Source of the DNA: Perkinsus chesapeaki ATCC PRA-425
Lineage: Eukaryota > Protista > Perkinsozoa
Assembly (NCBI GenBank): GCA_013115145.1
Contig: JAAPAO010000132.1
Coordinates: forward strand, 2,729 to 66,728
Reading direction: 5' to 3'
DNA length: 64,000 bases
In this document: positions 1-13,100 of the stretch, one piece after another
Layout of the letters: every line of letters begins with the position of its first letter
Numbering within the stretch: the stretch's first letter is position 1
Notes under the pieces: generated by a model
Seen by the model: only the letters and a program-made list of their open reading frames with translations
What the model was told of the DNA's origin: nothing
Databases searched by the model: none
Made by a program: the position numbers and the translations under genes

Positions 1-774
1 ATAGCACTCGCCTTCCTGCAGACTCTTCACCATCTCGGTGGCGATATGCGAGGTAGCTGCTCATGATGATGATGATGTGTTCCGCAGGGTTTTATCTCGT
101 TAGTTCGGAACTGTGATTCCCAATGTGTTGGTATGATACTAGCAGAGATGCATGGTAATGGCCCATGGATCGATTGGATTATATCTGAGGCTGGATGTGA
201 TCCCATTGCCACTAGTGCTGAGGGGCTTACTATTCAGCAATATGTAATAGAGGGTATCTAGCGGGATTAAAGGCGTGTATTTTCATCAACTTGTTTGATG
301 ATATTATCGTACACCCGAGCTTCAACATGTAGAATTCATCAAGTGGGCATTTCAGAAGCCGTGCAACACCAGAGTCGGCATTAATAGGTTTGTGACATTA
401 TAAGAATTGAATTCTTTATAATAACTTTTATGCTGGAGTAACTTCACCTGCAGTCAATGAACGGCGATGCATGATGATCTCGTATAAGCAGTATTGTAGG
501 ACCATCTATCTGTCGACCATATTAGCTCCCTTAGTAGTTCCAATGATAGTGCAATGGAGTGTCGATGCCTTCGTTGAAATGTTAAAGCTACCCTCTTATC
601 TAGGCTAATGAGCACGATGAAGACTGGGATAGCTCTTCCACTTCCTCCTCGACATCATCCGACTATGATGTTATATCGCCATCACTAGTGGGAGGTTTGG
701 GTGTCATACAAGAGGAGGATGAAGAAGAGGAAGAAGATGAAGAGGACGACGAAGATATACAGGATGCTGATTAG
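1..774 (+). CDS. 3' part of a multi-exon hypothetical protein with an acidic C-terminal tail; runs off the window's 5' edge
   Basis: The last exon reads ANEHDEDWDSSSTSSSTSSDYDVISPSLVGGLGVIQEEDEEEEEDEEDDEDIQDAD, with TAG at 772-774. An upstream exon-like stretch (GPWIDWIISEAGCDPIATSAEG) is bounded by GT/AG. No family recognised. Confidence 0.55.
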
Positions 775-789
775 GTCGTATATATAACC

Positions 790-860
790 AGCTCGCTGGG
801 ATTTGAACCCGCGACCTTATGGTCTTTAGGTTGCAACCAGGTGTAGATAATATCGGTTGG
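790..860 (-). pseudogene. Degenerate tRNA-like element (3' half with B-box; possible GCA anticodon arm)
   Basis: The minus strand reads TGGT-TGCAACCTAAAG-ACCA-TAAGGTCGCGGGTTCAAATCCC, a typical variable loop plus T-loop. The T stem pairs only 3 of 5 positions, and no D-arm or acceptor stem is recognisable. Confidence 0.35.
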
Positions 861-1125
861 AATCTGCGGTATTTGTCTTCTTCTTCTTCCCTTTCTTCTT
901 CGTCTCTAATCCTCTTTCTCTCCTACTCGATGATGATGACGGCAGCAGGTAGCCCCCCAACGTTAATATCCACTCACCAACGTAAAACCAACGTAAACTT
1001 CCTTGATTGTTTCTATACCACCACCACTAACAAATTATCCATAATGATGTTTCCAAATACAACTGTTGTGTGGTTCATCTCCCCCCTCCCTAACACACGT
1101 TCCCTGCAGCCTTCCTCTTGCTTTA

Positions 1126-3813
1126 ATGGCTGCTTCATCGCCTACTAGCTGGCAGCTCTATAAGAGGCTAACTGCGGCAGCCTCTCGTTCCTTTAGAAGC
1201 AAGTCCGGCAGCACTCATGCCACACCAGAGGAAGGGTCATCAACACCTTCTTCCTCATCGTCGGACCAAGGCGAGTCGACTACTAGTGGTTTCGTCTTTG
1301 TCTACTTGAAATGGCTTCATAAGCTTCGCTGGGTTACCATACCATTGGTCATCGGTCTAGTTGTGGCTGGCGTATTCGGTTTGATTAACGTCTTCAATGT
1401 TACTGATGATGACTTTGCTATTCCCCCGGGAACTAGGTCATACGAGAACCAGGAGAAGTACAACAGATGGTACGCTCCTATTCCATCTCATACCACTCCT
1501 TCTCCAACTCCCAGCCCAACCCCTCCCCCTCAGCCAACACAGCCACCCCTACGGTACACACCTAGTGAGACCATGCTGATACAGAGGCTTGATGGCACTT
1601 CACTGCTTGATGATAATCTACTATATAACGTGACGCGTTATGTCTATGATAAGTGGCCAGCACCAGAGTACCTGTTGACCAGTTATATAGCATACAAGGA
1701 GAATGGTGACCTACTGAAGGCAGAGGTGCTTATATCGGGCAATCACAGTGCTACTATGATGCAAGTGTGGTTTGAGGAAAGCCTTTCCGGGCAAGTCAGA
1801 CAGCTGGAACATGAGATGGTCGAAGGTCTCTACAATGAATTTGGTTCAGACATAATTTTCGCAGGCTTCACCGGCACTTACACTAACGATATCGAAGCCA
1901 AAGTCATGACCGAACAAGAAGTCCTTCACTCGGATGCCATTGTGATTCCTGTTAGTTTCGTCTTGCTTGCTTTGGTTGTCCGTTCCTGGCGTATGATCCT
2001 CATTCCACTGGTGTCTATAGTCGTTACTGCTAGTTTCTCGGCTGGCCTATTATATCTCATTGCACGCTATTGGTTGAAGGTAACCTCAGCAGCTCCTGCT
2101 GTGATAGCCTTCCTTATAGTGGCATTATCCTTCGACTATTCGTTATTCATTCTTACTCGTTTCCGAGAGGAAATCCAAGAGCACGGCCATACACCATTCG
2201 AGGCTCTAGGACTCAGCGTCCGTCACAGCGGCCATGTTATTATGGGATCTGGTTCAACGCTTACACTTTGCTTTATTGGTTTACTATTTATCCCTATTGT
2301 ACAGTTCCGGTCTCTGGGAGCTGGCCTTATGATAGCTGTTATTCTAGCGGTTATCACTAACTTGACAGTCATTCCTACACTCATGCTGTCCTTTCCTAAA
2401 TTCTTTTCTACCTTTGGTTTCTTCGGTATCTCTAAGATTTTCAAAAGTTGTTCTTCGAGAATACCCCGACCTAAGATACCTTGCTGGTTCCACTGGGCAA
2501 AGTTTACGACTAAATGGTATTCAACTATTCTCGCTGTTGCCATAATAATCGGCCTTGGTGTTCCCTTTACTATATTTGTCACCGAAATGGAGACCTCACC
2601 AGACATGACACTACTGCAGCCTCGTGGGATGTCCACAGCTGAGACCCTAGAACGTATCCAGGAGTCCTTCTCGCCTGGACTCTGGGCACCTTATACCATC
2701 ATGCTTGGTTCTAAGCAGGGTGATATATTTGAGAGCAAAGAGTACTGGGAAGCGGCTCAAAGCTTCCAGGAGGAATTGGCACACAACTTGCTCGTAGGCC
2801 AGAACACTTCTATTCTTGCGAGCGTTATGTTCATGAAGCTTGACAGTGTCCCCACTATCTCTATGCCTTACTCTATGGCTAAGTTCGCTACCGGCCCTCT
2901 ATGCAAGCTGAGTGTTTGTAGCTACTTTCAAGAAGGACTAGCGGTCACTGTTAACCCAGCTGGCACTGCTGTCACTGCCACCCTTATTGCAGACCAAGCA
3001 CCTACTTCTACTGCCTCTGAGAAGTTCGTCTATGATCTACGCGCCTTAGTAGATAAATACAACTCTGAGTACGGTGATGTTATTGAGATTCTGGAAAACG
3101 GTATTAGTTGCCAAACCTATGATTCTAATAGAGCTGTTATGAGCAGCTTCGTTGTGACTCTAGGTGTTATCTTGGCAATATGTATCATCGTTGTTGGTTT
3201 CCTTTATCAATCCGTACTCATTCCACTAAGATCTGTGGTTACTATATACATCACACTGGTGTTCTCTTTTGGCTTCACTATAGGCGTATTCCAGCTAGGC
3301 TGGTTCGATGGTCTCAATTGTGCAACTCTATCCTCAGAAGTGTCTCAAGGTCTCTCCTGGGTTGTGGTGCCGATATGCTTCGCAGTAGTCCTTGGCCTGA
3401 GCCTCGATTACGAGATTTTCCTGCTCGGCCGGATAACGGAGGCTCGAAAGCTTGGTTACGGTGACAAGGCCTCTATCGAGATCGGCGTATGGAAGACGGG
3501 TTCTGTTATCTCCATGGCCGGTGTAATCATGGCAGTTGCCTTCCTTGGGTTGGTGCTAACATCTAGCCCTATGCTCAACCAAGCCGGCTTCTTGCTTGTT
3601 GTTGCCGTCCTATTGGATACCTTCGTCGTGAGACCCTTCATGACACCTGCTTTAATGGCTATTCTTGGACGGTGGAATTGGTGGCCGCACAAGACGACAC
3701 CGGTGCGTTACAATGACAGCAAGTACCTTCTTGATTTAGAGCAGGGAACTAGTTCTGAGGCAGCTACAGTTGATGATACTTCCTCTACTACACCATCATC
3801 ATCTGAAGTCTAG
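1126..3813 (+). CDS. MmpL-family (RND superfamily) membrane transporter, intronless
   Basis: Uninterrupted ORF with first ATG at 1126. It has two TM blocks, each after a soluble loop, carrying the MmpL motifs LSFDYSLFILTRFREE and LGLSLDYEIFLLGRITE, and ends LDTFVVRPFMTPALMAILGRWNWWP. A Pro/Thr linker follows TM1. Confidence 0.9.
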   Translation: MAASSPTSWQLYKRLTAAASRSFRSKSGSTHATPEEGSSTPSSSSSDQGESTTSGFVFVYLKWLHKLRWVTIPLVIGLVVAGVFGLINVFNVTDDDFAIPPGTRSYENQEKYNRWYAPIPSHTTPSPTPSPTPPPQPTQPPLRYTPSETMLIQRLDGTSLLDDNLLYNVTRYVYDKWPAPEYLLTSYIAYKENGDLLKAEVLISGNHSATMMQVWFEESLSGQVRQLEHEMVEGLYNEFGSDIIFAGFTGTYTNDIEAKVMTEQEVLHSDAIVIPVSFVLLALVVRSWRMILIPLVSIVVTASFSAGLLYLIARYWLKVTSAAPAVIAFLIVALSFDYSLFILTRFREEIQEHGHTPFEALGLSVRHSGHVIMGSGSTLTLCFIGLLFIPIVQFRSLGAGLMIAVILAVITNLTVIPTLMLSFPKFFSTFGFFGISKIFKSCSSRIPRPKIPCWFHWAKFTTKWYSTILAVAIIIGLGVPFTIFVTEMETSPDMTLLQPRGMSTAETLERIQESFSPGLWAPYTIMLGSKQGDIFESKEYWEAAQSFQEELAHNLLVGQNTSILASVMFMKLDSVPTISMPYSMAKFATGPLCKLSVCSYFQEGLAVTVNPAGTAVTATLIADQAPTSTASEKFVYDLRALVDKYNSEYGDVIEILENGISCQTYDSNRAVMSSFVVTLGVILAICIIVVGFLYQSVLIPLRSVVTIYITLVFSFGFTIGVFQLGWFDGLNCATLSSEVSQGLSWVVVPICFAVVLGLSLDYEIFLLGRITEARKLGYGDKASIEIGVWKTGSVISMAGVIMAVAFLGLVLTSSPMLNQAGFLLVVAVLLDTFVVRPFMTPALMAILGRWNWWPHKTTPVRYNDSKYLLDLEQGTSSEAATVDDTSSTTPSSSEV

Positions 3814-4199
3814 CCTTCGACGACTATTGTCTATAACACTGTGTGTTGCCAGTGTGTCTACGTTCTGTCTAAGTTGTTCCTGTATCAAATATCCACTGCG
3901 TACTGCGTTGAACTCCTTGTCTCAAGTTACCCCATTATGTTCCTACTATTGTTATAAGACATTCCCTTTCTAATGTTGTTCTTTCGGTTGTGGTGACCAA
4001 TATTCACCACATCTCATATTTATCGTTTCTACAACATACTTGCTGCGGCTTTATCTCTTCGGTTTGAGGATTGTTTGCTAACTGGAGATAGTTCTCGTGT
4101 TTGACTGCTCTGTTGTTGTAGTTCGTGGCCACTCAAGTGCGAGTTGTGTTCTAGTTGTTACACTCGAAAGCCAAACAGTAAAAGTGAATATGAAACTTT

Positions 4200-7100
4200 C
4201 TATTTGAGAGTATCCAAGTAGTTCAAGGCGTCGAAGTCTAAAAACACATAATCAAATAAGTTGTCAATAACCCTTCGCGTTGCAAGAGGGAAATGTAGCT
4301 TCAACATTCTCTTGTGGATACGAAGCCACAGACCAACCGATTGGAATAAGTGCGGTTCGCTGTGCTTCTTTCTGATGAGGAATTTATGTGATTCCTTGTA
4401 TGCCACCGTATTGCAAAGAGCTGTCAAATGCCGCAGTATCTGAAGACTTATTTAGTGACAGTGTGGAGTTGGGGAGAGTCACCTCGGCATGCTCGGGAGT
4501 GTACTCCTTATAAAACGCTCGCCGAGGGGCAGTGGTTCCCCTTCTCCTTTGCGTCCTCTTTTTGGTGAATACTGGTAAGGGCCCAACTTCTGACGGCGTT
4601 TCACCTGGAGGACAAGTACCACAGCAGCATGGTCCGAAGCAAGAGCGGCAGCTTACGGTCCATGTTGGCGAGGTCTGAGTCGGAGCTACTGCTGCTACTG
4701 CTACTGCTAGTCTCTCGTTGGGCCTCTCGAGCGTTCTTTCTAGCTGCGTAACTCAAGTCGACATCCTCACCGTTGGGGTCTGACGTGGCAAAAGGTTTAA
4801 GAGCAAAGTTGCTACTGGCAACTCACTGTATACGGACGGCGTTAATGCCGAGAAGGGATTAGCGGCCAATAGCCTCTTCAACGACGCTGCTTCACCGTCC
4901 TCCCCCTCCGAAGAGGAAGATGAGGGTTCGGAGTCTTCAACGCCACCACGGTCAAGATAGGCGTGCCGGTATCGACCCAACATGTTCTCTGATCCTGCTC
5001 GTCGCATACGAGTTGGGGACGCTCCTGATCAACGGGGAGTGCTCAACACCCTATCCTCTTGGACTTCTTACGAGCATCATCTTCATCCTCACTATCAGGC
5101 TGGCAAAACAACGGCGATGCCCCACCATGTAAACCTGGAACAGAGCTTCAGACAGAGAGGAACGTCAGCAAAGGGCCTCACCAGACCGGTCGACTTCTCT
5201 TACCGACAAGTCTGAAGATGAGGCTGTCGAGGAGGTCGACAAGTCGCTGTACTCCTCCATTGAGGACCTACAGTGAGGAGTCCACGGAGCATCCGCTCAA
5301 GATGGCAGACACCTACATATCTTCATCGGCAGGTTTTTCGTCTTTATCAACATGACCAAGGAACTCCTCTATTTCCACAGGGCCGTGCACCACGGGGTCC
5401 CATCCTAGATTCAGTAGGGCTTGGTGAGCGCTAGGGACAGAACACAGCAGGGACAGGGCGTATATTGCCGAGCCTGAGAGATAGTATAAGATAGTCCTCC
5501 GGGGAGACTTAGGCCACCTCGGAGGCAGAGGTGCTTGCATTTGGTGGCCATTTTAACGAGGGTCTCCAAAGCACCAATATCCTCCATTAAACCAACGCCT
5601 AGCTCTCCACCGGCACCGATGTTGGCAAACTGAGCAGGAACATTGCAGATGGGCTAAAGCAGGGCGGCGGCGGCAGCAGCCTACCATCCACATGTACACT
5701 CGGCACTGGGACTGAGCCTCCGCGTTTGACTTCTCAGGGTCACCCGCAAGGCAACGCTCGAGGTGCTCTCGGGCTTCAACAAGCCACTGAGAAAAGGGAT
5801 GCATTTCCTCTTCTAAACCGACTAACTTACCGGCATCTTGTTGCGCCGTAACCAGTTGACGCCGGCTGACGTGCTCGCGAGGGGCCTGCCGGGGAATGGA
5901 GGGATAGACATGAAAAAGCACTTACCGACAAATATGAAGCGGAGGGATTATCGAGATGGGAGTGGAGCTACTGGGCTCGAATCGGATCGGGAACCCAACC
6001 GACCGAACACGGATTTTGCCGTCATCACCGAGAATGAAGGTGACGATGACGCCACTCTTCGGGCATTGCCTACCGCATTCCTATGTGGGGGACGAGATTG
6101 AGGAGGCCTACCAGCGATGATACTTGCCGAAGATGGCCTCCTCTTCACCATCGATGGCGAGGGCGTCCCGGCGCATGTCTCCAATAGGAATGCTGCACCA
6201 CTCTGGGTCGGACACCAGCCCGCCTCCGTACACTGAACAATATCTGAGCGGGAATATAGAAGGGGAAGTAGGGTTAAGCTTACTGTGAACCGATGCAGAG
6301 GGCAACTTGCAGACTGTTCTTTTGGGCATCTTCATCAACCTCTAACGGAACAGGAGCTGCCACTACCAGGTGAGCCAGTGGGCCAGCCTCAAGGATGTTA
6401 TGAGACTGAAGAGAGTCGGCTGTGGCGATGTTATGACGAAGATGAGCTGACCAGGACTGAGTAAGCCTTCAATTGCTTTAATATCTTCACTGATATCCTC
6501 CTAGAGACCAGCCCACCAACAGTAAAAGACTCATTGTTGAACTTAACTGAGATATACCAGGGCAGGCGGAGTAGCCAAGGGTACCTTCAGCGAAGGATCA
6601 TCGGGTGGAGGGACTGCCAAGGCTGGGCTTACTGTAGGCTCTGATACTTGTAGTTCACAGTGGGCTTTAGATATGACGGGTTCGGCAGGACAAAGGCAGG
6701 ATCACGCTGGGACTCGGAGGGTGGCGGGAACTCGTCACTTTTGCTGCCGGAGATGCCTGGTGAGGTCTTCTAGGATGATGAAGATGCAGCGGGTAACTTA
6801 CCGAGCTTGTCGGCTCTGGTCTTGTCCTCCAACGCTTCACCGTGGAACCCCACAATGGCGTGTTTAACTCGTTCGGTCCAGAGGAGATCCAGGACGTCAA
6901 CCTACCGATAGAGAGGTCAATGGTGAAAGGACAGCCCGTATTTAAGTTGCTCAGCAATGGTGCGCGAAAGGGCAGAAGAGAGGGGAAGGGATAGAAATGA
7001 GCTCATCCAACCTCGCAGAAAATGTGTTCCGGGAAATGACCAATTGCTCCAGACATGTGACCGGTAATTTGATTGAGAATATGGTTCTAATGAAAGAGTG

Positions 7101-10100
7101 TTCCTCCTGGTAACAGTTGGTGTTATTCCATGACTCGTGGAGGCAGCAGCCCATCAACATAGCCATCAACTGGCTGCTGCTGGTGTTGCTTACATATCGC
7201 TTCATCTCTTCATCCACCCATCGCTGCCATTCAGTATCCAGCCAACCATCTTGTATGTGTTTTTGGCACATCTCCTCATTTGATAGAAGGCATAGCCTCA
7301 CTGGACAATCAAGGTCGCTTAGTGACCCACCATACTTCACCATCTCATCTAGTACAACGTGATCGGTGTTATAGTAGCTGATGACAAGGACTTCCGTTGA
7401 TAATGTAAAGGAGGAGGGCCTACAGTGCGACATATCCCATAGAAGCGAGAGCTGTCTGAGCCATAGCCTGGGAGCCAGCAATGTCAAGCTCGAGGTGCTG
7501 CACTAGAACCTGACTGAAGTGATGGACAAAGGGGCTCTTCACCACTGCTGATTACCCTAGTGGCCCATCTGAGGAAGTCTACCTCTCCCGGATTGATGCG
7601 GGAGACTGTTGATGGTGGTAGGGCGGAATTGGAGCCATTAGCGGCAGCATCTTCGCCCCCCGAGTCGAGGGTCATGGCACGCCCTTTGATGAGAGGACCT
7701 GAGGCTTTATTTGGACCAGGCGGGAAAGGTATGCTTACGTCGAGCGTCGAAGCTTGGAGCAGCCTTGCGTCGTGGTTGACCTAAAGATACTCGTAGCCGG
7801 CAAACAGAGGGGTGCAGCCTACTTGGCATGCCGACAGCGTGGCCCTTGTTAAATCTGAAGCCTCCCCCACGGAAGGGCCTTGTTTGGGCAGATGGAGCAC
7901 CACCGGCCACCACGGTATTGCTGGCATCTTCATCCCACCAGGAGCTGCTATCATAGGGGTTTCTCACACGCTTGGTTCGGTACGACGCATAGGCATCGCT
8001 GCTGTTGCTGGTGGCCGATTTCTCTTCGGGGTCTAAAAGCGTCAACTAGGGGCTAATAGACACTATAGGGCAGCTCACCAACGATGTACTGAACGTCGCT
8101 GTTGGTGAGGGCAGTTGCGTCACTTTCGAAGCTCCTTGTGGTGTCAATGTGGGTGAGGCTGGTGAGGAGGGAGACCACAAAGCATTGAAGGTAAGCTGAG
8201 CCGTTGGTCAGGGCCGCCTCGATGGCTTTCCCTGATAAATGAGTGAGAGATAACTGATAAGGCTATGGTGCTCACTGTTGCGCCGGGCTACACCAAGTGA
8301 AAGGCATGATAGCAAAGCAGCTGTAAAGGGATCGAGAGATGATATTAGGACCATACGGTAGATGAGACGATACATATCATACTTCTGAAGGAGGGCAACA
8401 CCTTCTCTGGTGGAGGAGAGCACCTATTGGAGGAAGACAGCAGCGTGGGGGTCTACTAAGCTTTCGCGAAACGACGGAACACCCTTGGTTCCACTGAACG
8501 CAGTTTAGCGACTTCGTTTTTAATTGGGAATTTCGACAAGTTTTGGTAGAATTTATATTTCTCAGTTTTCATGCTTATCGTGGCTACAGTGGAAAGCGGC
8601 GCATGCTCCCACAGGCTTTAATATTTTCCCTTAGCAACGTGAAATCTACCTTTCAGTAACACTATCTGCTTCAAGCATGAGACGCTACCGAGCGGTTGAT
8701 AATCCCTGGAAAATGTGCTAAAGCCAACCTACCCCGATCATTGCGCCATATTCTCGACTTAGCCGTTTAAACTGTTCAACTATGCCATCCTCCCCAGGTG
8801 AGGAAGTGAGACCTCGAAAAAGACATCAACGCAGCAGATAGGCTACTCGAAAGGCTTACTGTCAGCAGCGTCCTTAGCAGCCCACTTGAGGCCACTTTGT
8901 ACGATAGGGTCAGCCCTTTGGAGAGGCGGATGGTCGTTGACTTCAACCGGCTGACCCCAACTGCCGACCCTCTCAGTTCTCTGCTGTTGCTGCCCAGATT
9001 CCTCAGGTATCATCTCCGGGGCTGACTTGGTGCTTGTATTGGTGAAGGTGTTAGCTGCTGAAGAGTCACCAACAGGTGATGTCGACCGTGCTCTGAAGAG
9101 GGAGCAATTACGCTCCTCAACGACGACTATCGCAGCTCCTTGTCCCAGGACATTAACTCTTACTTAGAAGGCGGCCGTTCGAGCACTCCCCTACGGAGAG
9201 CTTCACAATGGTGACACATACAGTGGGCCCTATATAATATTTTCCTACTTTAAAAATGCGGCGTAGAATTGTGAGCGCTTCCGAATATCCCTGTTCGATG
9301 AGGGGACATGCACGGTGAATGTTTAGTCGTATCATATCTGTTTTCACCGATGTCCGACAAGTGTTCCTACTGTGGCAACTAGTCACAAAAAAGTGATATT
9401 ATAAATTGGTCACATTGGACAACTATCATCCGAAGCTTTAATTGAGCTAAGTTTGATAGGACGTCAATTCCTACTTAAGAAGGGGGAACGCCAAATGCAA
9501 CAGCTCACGCTGTTCCTCTCATTTACCGAGCACGATATCTTTTTATAATGATTTCTCCTCTCCCCTCATAATGCTGCTTACGTGTCCTCCGATAGACCAC
9601 TTAGGCCTCTAGTCCTCGCCCTTCGACCAGTGATATCAACCCAGCTAGAGCCCTTCCTATCCGACTGTATGTGACGTTCGGCTCCTGTTATAGATTCATT
9701 CAGCATGCTTGCCAGGTCCGCAGTGAATGTGTGATGGTGATGTCGATGGTGCCTTTGAAGGATGACCTCAGCGGTCGGAGTGTCGGGAGGCAAAAAGCTC
9801 TCCGGTAGACTGATCAGAACAACAATCGATAGCAATGGCCGTACCTACGCCGCTTACCCTAGATATTTCTCGCGCGCCACAGGATGGGATACCGTCAAGG
9901 CCAGCAGTGTATTGGCAAGTCTGGCTAGTGCTAGGGACTGTCCGTTCCATGGTTGTGACCCAAACACTGGGTTCGCCATGGGGGCCTCATTAATGCTGCT
10001 CGTGGCACTTTCGTTGTCCAACTCCACCAGATCAGCGATAGTCCTGGCTGTGAAGGCGCTCCACGAACTGCGTGTTCGACGGTGGTGACGATAGTTATGA

Positions 10101-13100
10101 TGCTTTACTGAGCGATAAGAGCAAGCCTTCCCGGATGGTCAAGGGGTCAAGGTGAGGCAATACGAGTTCTGTGATGGTGAGGGCCGAGGGGAGATGGAAG
10201 ACAGCGCCGCCGGGGTCGCGGGAACGAAGATAAGTACAAGGCAGATGAGCGTCCTTACTTGGTGAGAAAAAACGTAGAAGTTTTTTAAGAAAGTCGGTTT
10301 CGAGGATGCACTCGAATGCCACCGAATGGCAGCCGCCATGATCGATGCATCCATGAGCCACAACTCGGTGAATAGTCGGCCAATGCCAAAGACTGTAGTC
10401 TCGGGTACTGAGGACTTTGGAGTCCCTCAACACCTGACAAAGTAGAGGTAGAGAGAACATCACAGCAGCAGCAGCAGTCGACGGTACCTTCATAACGTGG
10501 TCTTTGTTGCTCCAGTCTATCCTGTCACCACTGCTGCCTGCTATGACCTGATCACACACTATCACTGACGGCCAGAGCGGGGGCGGGGGCGGTGCTGACC
10601 CCGAGTGGATAGGCAGTTGCGTTTGGTATGAACTGAGGCTGTTGGACAATTCTTAGTAGTCCTGGCCATGACAGACATCCAACTGAATTCACACCGTACT
10701 CGTAGCAGCTCATGCTCGCATCGTTGTCAGATAGCTCAGGAACCTGAGCAGTAGAATAAACCGATATGGCCGAGGCGGCGGCGGACCCTGGTAGGAAGGC
10801 ACCAATAGACGCCCGGGTAGCCTAGACTTCTGTAGCTGGTCCATGTAAGGTAGTTATCGCTATCAAGCCAGGTTAGTATAGAAAGGCATCGGGATCGAAG
10901 CTGCACCGATGTCTTATCTGAGAGAGCAGTGGCGTTCACGGAACAGGCGGTCCTTGCCTGGCTCGAAGTTGGCAGCTCTGGTGACGATAGAGGTCATGTG
11001 GTGGATATCAGGGAAGGAGGCTGATGGCAGTAAGATGGTTACACAGCGCAGGATCTGAATCACCACCATCTGGGTAAACCCTCATCGAGGAGGCTTGCCG
11101 CCTACTGTGTCTATCAGACTGGTTGCCTGATGCGCCACTGGCTCGTTCTCTGGGTCGGTCATGGTAGCTAGGTAGGACACCGCGGAGGAGAGACCAAAGG
11201 TTAGTAGAATCCTCAACAGTAGCGATCCTGGCAAGCACACATTATTCCACTGGGCGCCGTTATGTACCTTACCGAAGACTCTGGTCATGTCCATAGGTGG
11301 CTCCTTCCTGCACACCAGCACCTACCAACACCGATGCCTGATATCCTCCTACCAATCTAGCTCACCGATTTAGGTTCTTCTTTATAAGCAGTCCAAGAGC
11401 GTCCTCGACCAGTAAAGCCACTAACACCGCGGGTCCGGCTCCTGAACGCCAATAGCTCTAAGCGCCCCGTTCCAGACCAAGGCTCACCGTGGATGGTCCC
11501 AACTGAAAAGGCCTCGGTGAACTATGGTAGCCTGTGTCTCGTCAATGGTAGGACTGCTGCTGCTGCTGGCGTCGACACTATTAGGAAGATCACTGCTGTT
11601 CGCTGAGATGTTAAACGCAGTGGTGATGTGATGGCACTGTCGGGCCACTTACAGTAGATTGCCGAGGATCCCTCAAACTGAGGAACGCACCACCAACCCA
11701 GTACGTCTTGGAAGAGGATAAGCAACTCTTTGACTGTGGTCCTGAAAGTTAAGTAACCATACCCCCCATGGTAGGAGCCTATAACGATTGATAGGGTACT
11801 ATGATACTAATAGACCAAGTCATATACGACATAATTGTAATTCTTAGTAATCATCAATCGAAAATATACCGGACAAACATCGAGAGTCTAATGAGGCAGG
11901 AAGTACGAGGAGGCATCACTCAGGAGGAGGAGCTCAAGTCGAGTAATTCCGAAGCTGCTTAAAGTTACATGTCATTAGGCTTCTTCATAAGGCTTATAAG
12001 AGAGGCCAAACCTTCACAGTTGTCGGATAATAATAGTAGGCCGGGTACTGTACCTGTTCAGTTGTCTACGACGATGGTAAGGGGAGGCTCTCAGTCATTA
12101 CAGAGTAAAGCGCAGATACACCTTCTAGCACATCTACAACGTATCTCATGGACCTCGTCAGCCCCTACAGTCTGAGGCCCTCGACGTCTCCCTCCTCCAT
12201 GCATAGCATCACCAGATGATGATGAGTCCTCCTGGCCTAAAGTGGCAGTACAGATATAACAACCACCACTAGTGGTTAATAATAATAACAAAACAATCGA
12301 AGTTGTTCAAGTCACTGCAAGTAGCGCACTTGAGACCAGCTGGAGGACTTGCCAGCCTGCTTCGAGCGCACAAAGATTTACCCCGCTCGGGAGCTAGCAG
12401 CCTTCCGTAATGTGATATTCCGTACTGGTGTGGTAAAACGATATGACAACGAAATTAGTGATGGTGCATGGCCAGATACTTGGTAAACCCTTGAAGAAGA
12501 GTAGTCTACGTCACCGAACTAACCTAGAAAATATCCACCAGACTTTTCTAGCATCAATCTCACCCCATGGTACTAACCGCGCTCTACCCAGCGGACAAAG
12601 ATAGTATGCGAATTGTTGAAGATAGGTTGTTGGTTACCTCTGTATCCCGTAAAGACTGTAAAGACCTGCATAAGATCCACTGCTATCTGCTTTCTCGAGT
12701 AATCTCTAAGGTCACCATCTTGAAGGACATGTACCACAGTCCATACTATTGGCTCCATGTGGAGGGTTGATAATACTGGATCTAGACATCCATACTTGAA
12801 TAGGGACTGACAGAAAGACGAAGGGGAAGGTGATGCAGCAGTAAAGTGATAAGTTAAAATGTTGTAAATTAAACGGTAAAAAGATGGTATGTAAAATGGC
12901 AAGTAAAATGAGTGTAATAACAAAATGAAAATATTATTAACGTAACCACTAACATGACATTATCCATAAACGGATAAGTTGTGACTAAAAGTGACAGAGC
13001 GAGATGTCGAGTCTACTCCCAAGGCAATTCTGCTGGGAGCCAGAGCCAACATTTGTCAACTTCCCATACGTACATGTCCAATACAGTATTTCGGAACTCG

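Noticed and set aside
2070-3692. Numerous overlapping or antisense ORFs in the track, here and throughout the window
   Set aside because: They are shadows of real coding exons or start at GTG/TTG, with no independent support.
12840-12935. Repeated GTAAAATG-like words, possibly a tandem array
   Set aside because: Irregular spacing and degenerate; consistent with an AT-rich RICTOR intron. There is no repeat-spacer structure, so it is not CRISPR.
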